This document shows positions 56,374 to 64,000 of a stretch of DNA of 64,000 nucleotides, one piece after another. The stretch's first letter is position 1, and each line of letters begins with the position of its first letter. The translations under genes were made by a program, and so were the position numbers. The DNA lies in IMG/VR virus record IMGVR_UViG_3300021255_001361, positions 776-64,775 of that record; one strand, 5' to 3'. A model generated the notes under the pieces. That model was not told the origin of the DNA, made no database searches, and worked only from the letters and a program-made list of their open reading frames with translations. The DNA is from a virus (taxonomy: Duplodnaviria; Caudoviricetes).

Positions 56374-57504
56374 TTAGTTTACATAAAGTCTTTTATCAAG
56401 CTGTTCTTTGAACATATCATACATAGCTTGATACTTTTTATACATCATTTCATAATGCGCAACTAACTTATCATTATTAGCAGCTTTAGCAAGTTCAATT
56501 CCACGTTCTGCTTTCTTCATCTGCCGCCTAAAATAATTCAATTTCTGTGTACACTCATAGAACGTATAATGTTTTCCATCTTTTGTAGTATATCCACGTT
56601 CATTAGCTTTCAGAATGTTGGTAAGTTTCTGTTCGTCATTCTCTTGTGGTGTTACCCCAACTATAATAGGTTTGGTCAGATGCTTACAGTTACAAGTACC
56701 TATATGTCTATCAAATCCTATATAATGTCTACCTTGCACATCTATAAAGTCTAATCCACTCTGTATAAACTCCCAATTCTGGTTTGTAAATTGGTGTCCT
56801 TGACAGGGTGCATGATCTGGTGCTGGTGCCATATGTGCGGATATTTCTACACCATTCGCCTTAACTTGCACACCTATAGTATCATATACTCGTTGTGCGG
56901 TATCAACTAATGCCTGGTTTACAATATTTTCAAGTCCGGTATCTGAATTATAATACCCATCATCATAACGTATCTTTAACCCGCCAATCAAATCTGTTTC
57001 CAAGTTGTGCATTACCGTATCAAAGTCAAGGTTTGATCTTTTTGATACTTTTGCTTGGTCTACTATTTGGTTATATGCTTTATCTAAAGGTAAGTAGGTT
57101 TTCACTTTAGGGTTTTTAGGATCAGATAACTTAATATAATAGTTGTTTAAATTAGCATACAATAACAACATTGTACCTATAAGTTCATTGGTTAAATCTA
57201 TTACAGGGGTATTTTCTTTAAATGTAGGAAAATCCTCATCATATAAATAATCACAGTCAAGATATGCTAAATTTGCCATAGTAAGTATTGCTAATTTTAT
57301 TTTCTGCCATATCTCATCAGTATATTTATCTTTGATTTTTCCTATCTCATATAAATCATCATAAGAAGCCGGACTAACGCTGTCCGGCTCTTCTTTGATT
57401 TTTCCTATTCTCTGCATAATAACCTTAATTATATCGGCACTACAATCACCTTGTAATTCCCATATAGGTTCTACTAACTTATTAAAGGTTACTTCATTGA
57501 TCAT
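56374..57504 (-). CDS. Minor capsid protein (head morphogenesis)
   Basis: VEISAH..APDH..CQG, NCKH. Confidence 0.85.
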   Translation of the reverse strand: MINEVTFNKLVEPIWELQGDCSADIIKVIMQRIGKIKEEPDSVSPASYDDLYEIGKIKDKYTDEIWQKIKLAILTMANLAYLDCDYLYDEDFPTFKENTPVIDLTNELIGTMLLLYANLNNYYIKLSDPKNPKVKTYLPLDKAYNQIVDQAKVSKRSNLDFDTVMHNLETDLIGGLKIRYDDGYYNSDTGLENIVNQALVDTAQRVYDTIGVQVKANGVEISAHMAPAPDHAPCQGHQFTNQNWEFIQSGLDFIDVQGRHYIGFDRHIGTCNCKHLTKPIIVGVTPQENDEQKLTNILKANERGYTTKDGKHYTFYECTQKLNYFRRQMKKAERGIELAKAANNDKLVAHYEMMYKKYQAMYDMFKEQLDKRLYVN

Positions 57505-57507
57505 ACA

Positions 57508-59259
57508 TTAATCCCTCTTTGGGTCATGCGGCTTACGCTCATTATCAGTTTCATCTTTCTTGTCCAAATCCTTTTGAGATTCAGTTTTTCTATCCTCTGT
57601 ATCTCTTCTGTCTTTAAGATTAGATTGCTGGAATGTATTACCAAGAACAGACTGAACAGCCATGTTATCTTCCATTTCTTGTAAAGTCTCTTCCTTGATT
57701 TTATCAAGTGCTTCAACTGCCTGTCTTTCAGTTTCACCGAAGTACCACATTCTGTTCTCAACTTTACTAACAAGTCCGTTTTGCTGTAATGAAAGTCTCT
57801 TGCTCAACTCTGTGTCCATATCTACAAGAATACTATCATCCCATTCAAACGATACATCATACTCACCATCTGGTGTAATATCATACAGATTACAATATGT
57901 GTCCATGATATAGATTACATCTTCAAGCGTGTACTGTACTGCTTTCTGTATCTCATAGTTTGCTGAATAACTACGCTGTTTCAGTATCTTAATCTCTGTG
58001 GCAGTCTTTGCTTCAATTCCTACATCTGAAAGTGTACCTCTTGAAAGTCCTGTTGCATCTTCTATGTGCATAAGAATTGAATTAAGTCCTGTCGTATAGC
58101 TTGTATCTCTTAAAGGTGGAGCAAATGGTTCGTATGTATCACTATTAGAACCTAAATCCAACTTTCTATAAAGTCTCTGCTGTAACATAGGTCTTATTGT
58201 TCTTGTAGATTTTCCATCATCATTCAAATCTACTCTTAACGCATCACGGTCAATATCAATAGCCATCTGTCCAGCTTCATACTCCCAAAGAAGTGTTGAA
58301 TACTGAATATCTGCATCCTTTATAAGATTAATTACTCTGCTATATCCAGATACTCCAAGAGGACTTAATGTATCAATCGTATTTGCTTCTGGCATTTTGA
58401 AGTATGCAAAGAGTGGTCTATCAACATCTGTGATGATTACTTCTGGTTCAAGTCCAGCCCATTCAGCTACTTCCGTAAGCGGAACTTCTTTTCCTAAATC
58501 AACGCCTGTATTACTGCTTCTCGTATTCTCTGACTTGTATGCCTTATTGATTACTGTTACCGTGTTATTTTCAAACTTATGATATTCAAGTCTACGATAT
58601 ATTACCTCTTTATCTACCTTTGACTGAATAAAAGCAGCTTCGGTAATTTTACCGTTTGCATCAAAAGAAAGCGGATAGAAATTATTTGCCTGTATAAAGT
58701 CAAACTCAATATCCATTTTAGGTTTAAATGTGTTAGTGACTTTATTACCATCTTGTGTAGTCATTGTCTTTACTTTACTACCCGCGTTCTGAACAACATA
58801 AGGTTTAATAACAAGACCACCCATAGCAATTCCATATTCAAGCTGTCTCCTTATCTGACGTTTCAGCTTCTTATACTGTGAATCAAGATATTCAGCACGT
58901 TTGGAATTACCTACTGTTTCAACTTCTTTCTCTCCGCCAACACCTACTGACGGTTCTACTTTAGTCTTTACTTTAGGTGCTGTAATCTCACTCTGCCATT
59001 CAAGCATAGCCATTCTTGCTTTCTCACTTGCGATAAGTGCAGGAATACCTAAAGAAGTTATCCTTGTAGGATCAGCAAAACTTGGTTCTTTTAACCAAGG
59101 TGCTTTGTTGCAATACATATCTTCCCAAAGTTGTATTGCGTGTTCCATTTCAGTTGATATTGCCGATGTAACGTGTAATACATCTTCTATATTTTGCTTT
59201 CCTATCATCTTATTTATTATCTCCTTTATACGGTGTGCTATATTTGAGAATAGTGCCAT
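57508..59259 (-). CDS. Portal protein (A118/SPP1-like)
   Basis: 583 aa; SPLGVS.Y, KTATEI, FEWDDSI. Confidence 0.9.
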   Translation of the reverse strand: MALFSNIAHRIKEIINKMIGKQNIEDVLHVTSAISTEMEHAIQLWEDMYCNKAPWLKEPSFADPTRITSLGIPALIASEKARMAMLEWQSEITAPKVKTKVEPSVGVGGEKEVETVGNSKRAEYLDSQYKKLKRQIRRQLEYGIAMGGLVIKPYVVQNAGSKVKTMTTQDGNKVTNTFKPKMDIEFDFIQANNFYPLSFDANGKITEAAFIQSKVDKEVIYRRLEYHKFENNTVTVINKAYKSENTRSSNTGVDLGKEVPLTEVAEWAGLEPEVIITDVDRPLFAYFKMPEANTIDTLSPLGVSGYSRVINLIKDADIQYSTLLWEYEAGQMAIDIDRDALRVDLNDDGKSTRTIRPMLQQRLYRKLDLGSNSDTYEPFAPPLRDTSYTTGLNSILMHIEDATGLSRGTLSDVGIEAKTATEIKILKQRSYSANYEIQKAVQYTLEDVIYIMDTYCNLYDITPDGEYDVSFEWDDSILVDMDTELSKRLSLQQNGLVSKVENRMWYFGETERQAVEALDKIKEETLQEMEDNMAVQSVLGNTFQQSNLKDRRDTEDRKTESQKDLDKKDETDNERKPHDPKRD

Positions 59260-59262
59260 TTC

Positions 59263-59520
59263 TTATTCTCCCTTCTTCTTATGCTTACCATTTCTTTCAC
59301 GTTCCCACTTCTTACGTTTAGTAGTTTTAAGGGAGGTATCAATACTTTTCTGATTACTACCTTTTCTAACATACCTATCACCCTCATATACTGTTTCTCT
59401 TTGTCTACTACCAGTTATGCTTGTACTACTACTTGAACTGGTCTCATACTCATATCGTTCTCTTGGTGATTTAGGTTTTTCCCGGTTTTTACGTTTTGCA
59501 TTTATTCCACCGTTACCCAT
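59263..59520 (-). CDS. Basic hypothetical protein
   Basis: 85 aa, Lys/Arg/Ser-rich. Confidence 0.6.
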   Translation of the reverse strand: MGNGGINAKRKNREKPKSPRERYEYETSSSSSTSITGSRQRETVYEGDRYVRKGSNQKSIDTSLKTTKRKKWERERNGKHKKKGE

Positions 59521-59531
59521 ACTACTCCTTT

Positions 59532-60185
59532 CTAAAGCGATACCTTTGAACTGATTAGTTTCTTAATCACAATGTTACCTTTAAATTTGGTGTTCTGTCG
59601 GCTGTTTCCATAAAGTATAATTTTCTCTGGTTCAAGTCTTTCTAACATTTCGTCCCAATGTTTCAGATGTGCTTCGCCATCATTATACCAAAAATCTCCC
59701 ATAGTAGATATTGCTATCGTGCTATGTTTAGGAAGTCCGTCTAAACAAAATTCAAAGGTTTCATCATCACTCCAAGTTACTGTGGGAACAACTGTCAATC
59801 CTTGCTCTTGCCAATATCTTGCACACCATCTATTCCTGTATGTGTTGAAAACTCTGACCGCAAATGGCGTATCAGAGAAACAACTGAAATCTGGACTTAA
59901 TACATATTTAAACCTTGAAAGTACATCTGTATATCTGTCTGGATAACGCCATACTCTTTCAAACTGATAATCATGTAAAAAGAAGTGAACTGCCTTATCT
60001 TGCGGATTATCGTCTTTAAGAGCAAAGTTAAATCCTTGTAATGGTATATTTTCAAGATTGTCTATATGTACGGGTTCCAATATGGGAATATCATACTTTC
60101 CCGCGCCTTTAAAGTTTCCATATCCTAAATTACATACGTTTACTTCTAACCAACGTGTCTGCCCCGCATATGGTCTATCTGACAT
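59532..60185 (-). CDS. DUF4417-like protein
   Basis: GKYDIP, HFFLHDYQFERVW, PDFS, YRNRW, VVPTVTW. Confidence 0.75.
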   Translation of the reverse strand: MSDRPYAGQTRWLEVNVCNLGYGNFKGAGKYDIPILEPVHIDNLENIPLQGFNFALKDDNPQDKAVHFFLHDYQFERVWRYPDRYTDVLSRFKYVLSPDFSCFSDTPFAVRVFNTYRNRWCARYWQEQGLTVVPTVTWSDDETFEFCLDGLPKHSTIAISTMGDFWYNDGEAHLKHWDEMLERLEPEKIILYGNSRQNTKFKGNIVIKKLISSKVSL

Positions 60186-60188
60186 TAA

Positions 60189-60815
60189 TTACCTCTCCTG
60201 TTTTTTAACTTGCCATTTGTACTTATTAGCACAACTATGTGAGCAAGTTATTGATGGTCTATACTTATTTGTTTTAAACACCTTCTCACAAATAGGACAT
60301 TTCTGTTCAATGGTGTCTAAATCATTAATTCTACGATAGGCAGATTTACAAGCATTACTACAAAATGAATTACCACCGTTCTTATACAAAACACCATCAA
60401 ACTCTTTACCACAATTAGTACAAATTAATCGTCTATTAAACTTTCCATTATTATGTTGTTGTTTAATGTGTTCACTATGCCATTCGCTACCTTTTTGTGA
60501 TTTATGCCATTCAACTGCTTTAGGTCGAGCCTTTGTATTCATATTATTTCTGCGCCACTCACGTTGTTGGTCAGTAAGCAGTTCCTTATGAAGCTGATGA
60601 TGTTCCTGTGATGTGAGTAATTGTAGATTAGAAATATCATTATTACTTTTATCAAAGTCAATATGATGTACTTCATACCCACTTGGTATCTTTCCGTTAT
60701 AATATTCCCAAACATATCTGTGCATATATTTTCGTAAAGTTTGGTGCCTATAATAACCAGATTTCTCACAAAGAGTAAATTTTATACCATCGAAATATTG
60801 ATATTTAGGTTTCAT
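60189..60815 (-). CDS. Free-standing HNH endonuclease with zinc fingers
   Basis: MHRYVW...EVHHIDFDKSNNDISNL; CTNC..FCSNAC; CPIC..CSHSC. Confidence 0.9.
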   Translation of the reverse strand: MKPKYQYFDGIKFTLCEKSGYYRHQTLRKYMHRYVWEYYNGKIPSGYEVHHIDFDKSNNDISNLQLLTSQEHHQLHKELLTDQQREWRRNNMNTKARPKAVEWHKSQKGSEWHSEHIKQQHNNGKFNRRLICTNCGKEFDGVLYKNGGNSFCSNACKSAYRRINDLDTIEQKCPICEKVFKTNKYRPSITCSHSCANKYKWQVKKQER

Positions 60816-60830
60816 AATTTATACCTCCTA

Positions 60831-60874
60831 ATATGTATTTTTTCCATTATACAATACATATCATTCGGTGTCAA
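60831..60874 (-). promoter_or_regulatory. Promoter TTGACA-17-TATAAT for the HNH gene, with a 9-bp inverted repeat next to the RBS
   Basis: Perfect consensus; ATATGTATT/AATACATAT. Confidence 0.7.
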
Positions 60875-60876
60875 TA

Positions 60877-62208
60877 TTACTGTCCTCTACGGTTGTAGTA
60901 TCGTTCAAGGGCGTACCTAACTGCATCGATTCCGTGGTTATTCTCATCTGGATAGTCACTAATAAAGTTTCCGTCCCTGTCTTGTGCATATTCGTAACTG
61001 ATAAACTCACTATATGTATTAGGACAAGTACGTTTATCAATATAGATGTGTCGTAAACCTTGTAGCCACTTTATTCCGTATCTGATACTATCTGGACCTT
61101 TAACAGCACCTCTGATATAAGCACCATACGCTTTAAAGTCTGCTACTGATTTAGGTTCTGCTGAATCCGCAGTCACCAATTCGTTTACATTAATATATTT
61201 CTTCTTCTCGTATAACTCTTCAAAGATTGTAATATTTCTTGTTTGGTGTGAATCCAACTCTCTAAAAATATACAAATCAAGATGTTTCGCATCAAAGTGC
61301 ATACGCACAAATCTAAATGGGTCTTTAGCAAAACCCCAGTCTATTCCGTTATAAATATGGTCAAATGTAGTCCACATAGGAACTTTCTCAACATGACCTT
61401 TAAAATCTTCTATCTCTACAAGCTGTGACATATCTAAATCTTCAACATTAGGAAATACATCACCACCTGTACCTATAGGAATACCCATGTACTCATGGTC
61501 ATACGCTCTCGGATTTATCTCTTTTAAATCTTCTGCTTCTTCTATGAATATAGGTCCAAGCCACTCTTCTGGCACATCTAAATAAGTATTCCTTGTGACT
61601 AAAGTATTGTCTCTTGTTTCTGCTATATCAACATATTCATTAGCCCAATTATTCTTGCTTATAGGTGGGTTGAATGTTCTGAAATCCCAAAACTCTGTGC
61701 CACCACGCATTGTAGACTGTGTTACTTTTCTTATCTCATTCTCACCTGCAAACTGATCTAACTCCTCAAACCACGTTATGCCTATATACCCAAACGGAAG
61801 TTTGATAGACTTCACCTTGTCTGGATCATCAAGACCCATGAAAAGTATCTGCTGCCCTGTCGGTTTGTAGATTATCGGTGTATTATAGTGTTTCGGTATC
61901 TGAAACAAACTATCAATACCCATCTGATACAATCCCCATTTAACTTGTGAAAAGATACTGTTCTGAATAGTATTAGCGACTTTTCTAAAACATACAGCAT
62001 GAATATTAGGGTTTGCCATTAGTGTTAATGGAAGTGCTATGCCCCCAACGAAAGAGGACTTTGTGCTACCTCTTCCGCCGGGAAAAACATAGTGAATGTG
62101 CCTGTGACTTAATATATCTTCAAGAACATCATCATACATAGGTATGATGCAGTCCTTAATTGGAATAGATATTTGTGGTTGTGATATTATTGCCTGTACC
62201 TCTGCCAT
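60877..62208 (-). CDS. terL: Terminase large subunit (PBSX family)
   Basis: GGRGSTKS, WFEE, TFNP, IDWGF, NHGIDAVRY. Confidence 0.95.
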   Translation of the reverse strand: MAEVQAIISQPQISIPIKDCIIPMYDDVLEDILSHRHIHYVFPGGRGSTKSSFVGGIALPLTLMANPNIHAVCFRKVANTIQNSIFSQVKWGLYQMGIDSLFQIPKHYNTPIIYKPTGQQILFMGLDDPDKVKSIKLPFGYIGITWFEELDQFAGENEIRKVTQSTMRGGTEFWDFRTFNPPISKNNWANEYVDIAETRDNTLVTRNTYLDVPEEWLGPIFIEEAEDLKEINPRAYDHEYMGIPIGTGGDVFPNVEDLDMSQLVEIEDFKGHVEKVPMWTTFDHIYNGIDWGFAKDPFRFVRMHFDAKHLDLYIFRELDSHQTRNITIFEELYEKKKYINVNELVTADSAEPKSVADFKAYGAYIRGAVKGPDSIRYGIKWLQGLRHIYIDKRTCPNTYSEFISYEYAQDRDGNFISDYPDENNHGIDAVRYALERYYNRRGQ

Positions 62209-63392
62209 TAACCTACCTTCTTCTCAAAAGATTTTGCTTTAGCAAGTGTTTCCTGTCCATAACTTCCATCCTGCTTTATGTTGACAGTTTTCTGAAACTT
62301 TGTTACAGCTTTCACAGTAGCTGGTCCGTAGCAACCATCAATCTCCAACTTGCTGCCTATAGCCCAATTCATATATTCCTGTATATACCTAATTTGGTTC
62401 TGGAACGAAACATATGTATCATAGCCATCACCTTTAATGAAATATCCTCGACCAGGTAATACAGGATAATAGCCTGTCCATTTCTGATACTTGCTTGGTG
62501 TTTTCTTCTTTGTTGTTGCGGCTACTGAACGTGAAGCCGGTCCGAAACAACCATCCACGACAAGTCCCGCACCAGATGTAAGCTGAAAATCTTTGACTGC
62601 TTTTTCCGTAGCTGGACCATAACTTCCGTCCACATCAAGTCCATAACTACCATACCAATTCAAGAAATCTTGTAAATACTTAACTTGATAACCCGCATCA
62701 CCAATAGCTAAATTCTCTGTTGGTAATGGTCCTGTATAATAGTCGGTAGACGGTTGTGTGCCATTCATTATCTCATAAACACGTTTTCTAACATCTCTCA
62801 TGTCCTTGCCAATAAGTTTAGGGAACCAATGATTAATGTCTGCATGATAACTTCCAAGTCCAAGTTTAGCGGCATCATTGTGGCAAGTAATAACAGGAAC
62901 AGAAACACCGTTGCAGTTAGCTTGTCCATTTGGGTTAAGTCTGAATATCTTACACAAGTAAGCTGTCAACTGACAACCTTCCTCAAACACTTTATTCGCA
63001 TAGTCCTTATCTTTCAGATTATCTTCACATATTTCAAACTGAATCCAACCACTATTGCAACTCCCTTTATCTCCTGCCCCACAGCCCCAAGGACGAAAAT
63101 CCCACGGCATTGTCTGGACAGTTCCGACACTTCCATCAGCAAACTTTCCAATCCACGCATTAAGTCCAGCATCAACATCAACATGGTTCCAATCGTTGCC
63201 ATTTGTATTCTTCCCTAACTTCTTAATATCTGCATCATAGTTAGGAGAGCCATCTGTCGGCTGAACATATCTGCATAAATCAGTATTATTAACGCCTGTA
63301 CTATGCCATAAAACACCTTTAACTTCCATCTGTCTTGTTTCTTTATAGCAAGTGCTATTAGTCTGCATACAAATATAAGGTACAAAACTCAT
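62208..63392 (-). CDS. Endolysin: amidase_2 domain with peptidoglycan-binding domains
   Basis: LWHSTG, WGCG, FEICE, CHNDA..H.D; two DG.YGPAT..AV..FQ PGBD repeats. Confidence 0.88.
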   Translation of the reverse strand: MSFVPYICMQTNSTCYKETRQMEVKGVLWHSTGVNNTDLCRYVQPTDGSPNYDADIKKLGKNTNGNDWNHVDVDAGLNAWIGKFADGSVGTVQTMPWDFRPWGCGAGDKGSCNSGWIQFEICEDNLKDKDYANKVFEEGCQLTAYLCKIFRLNPNGQANCNGVSVPVITCHNDAAKLGLGSYHADINHWFPKLIGKDMRDVRKRVYEIMNGTQPSTDYYTGPLPTENLAIGDAGYQVKYLQDFLNWYGSYGLDVDGSYGPATEKAVKDFQLTSGAGLVVDGCFGPASRSVAATTKKKTPSKYQKWTGYYPVLPGRGYFIKGDGYDTYVSFQNQIRYIQEYMNWAIGSKLEIDGCYGPATVKAVTKFQKTVNIKQDGSYGQETLAKAKSFEKKVG

Positions 63393-63418
63393 CTTCAATT
63401 CTCCTTTCAATAAAAAGC

Positions 63419-63510
63419 GTGAATGGATAGAGGCTATACAATAGTTACCGTTACATTGTTTGGGGTGTGCTTTGTGAAGGAAAACAACGACTAAACCCCT
63501 ACCCACTCAC
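63419..63510 (-). ncRNA. Candidate structured RNA between the tRNA and the endolysin gene
   Basis: 15-bp closing stem with three G-U pairs, internal hairpins, T run after. Confidence 0.4.
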
Positions 63511-63514
63511 TTAA

Positions 63515-63586
63515 CTACCCCTATTGGACTCGAACCAATACATATAGGAACCAAAATCCTATGCCTTACCATTTGGCGAAGGGGCA
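63515..63586 (-). tRNA. trnQ: tRNA-Gln (anticodon TTG)
   Basis: Cloverleaf TGCCCCT/AGGGGTA acceptor, TAGGA-TTTTGGT-TCCTA anticodon arm, GGTTCGAGTCC T arm; no encoded CCA. Confidence 0.93.
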
Positions 63587-63613
63587 ATTAAATGTGTCTA
63601 TCAATATAAGATA

Positions 63614-63642
63614 ATTATACAACATAAACTATATTATGTAAA
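63614..63642 (-). promoter_or_regulatory. Promoter TTTACA-17-TATAAT for the tRNA/lysin/terL operon
   Basis: Same design as the 56338 promoter, including GTTTACATAA. Confidence 0.7.
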
Positions 63643-63644
63643 CA

Positions 63645-63900
63645 TAGAAAAAATCCGCCCGCAATATAGAAAAATCAGTTTGGAAAAAATCTCACTTTAC
63701 GACCCCACAATTATAGAAATAAGGGGTGCAAAAAAATCCAGTACCTCCTCACAATAAGGAAAATAATGCTTATAAAAAAATCTCACTTACAAATATACAA
63801 AATTATGGAAGTCCCTAACGATATAGAAAAATGACGTTGTAAAAAATCCAGCCCTACAATATAGAAAAATGCACTCATAAAAAATCGAGGGCACAAACAG
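63645..63900. repeat. Degenerate tandem repeats AAAAAATC...ACAATATAGAAAAAT (about 6 copies)
   Basis: A-tract units near 63650, 63686, 63732, 63775, 63841, 63879; no credible ORF. Confidence 0.6.
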
Positions 63901-64000
63901 TAATATGTAAATTTGAGTTGTGGAGATGAAAGTGCCGGAGAGTGCTGCAAAAAGTGCTATGCCGTTGTTAACCATAGCATTATTATGTAAACCACGCCGG

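Noticed and set aside
1-64000. Prophage or lysogeny module
   Set aside because: No integrase, att-like junction or host genes seen; lifestyle cannot be decided because part of the genome may lie outside the window.

Overview
This window looks like most of a ~64+ kb tailed (siphovirus-type) phage genome of a low-GC Firmicute, probably a gut Clostridia/Lachnospiraceae host (inference). Essentially all real genes are on the minus strand. In transcription order it holds: tRNA-Gln, endolysin, PBSX-type TerL, HNH, DUF4417-like gene, portal, head and tail genes; an uncharacterised 8-gene cassette; and a large replication/recombination region. That region encodes a SNF2 helicase, initiator, DnaC, DnaB, primase, SSB, PolA, two DNA methyltransferases, a beta clamp, Cas4-like nuclease, RecU, RecA and DnaX/HolB/HolA. 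TerS and a GC-rich non-coding repeat region follow. I saw no integrase, CRISPR array or reverse transcriptase. Main observations: (1) the SNF2 helicase is fractured by a naturally split intein (100-aa IntN, 37-aa IntC) with a free-standing Vsr-like endonuclease between the halves; (2) the C5 cytosine methyltransferase is encoded as modules linked by a canonical -1 frameshift cassette and two identical (AG)6 tracts; (3) a bacterial-type clamp and clamp loader accompany a Leu762 PolA that is interrupted by a group I intron; (4) a GerE-like/exosporium-like cassette of unknown function. Product calls rest on motif recognition by eye; no database searches were run.
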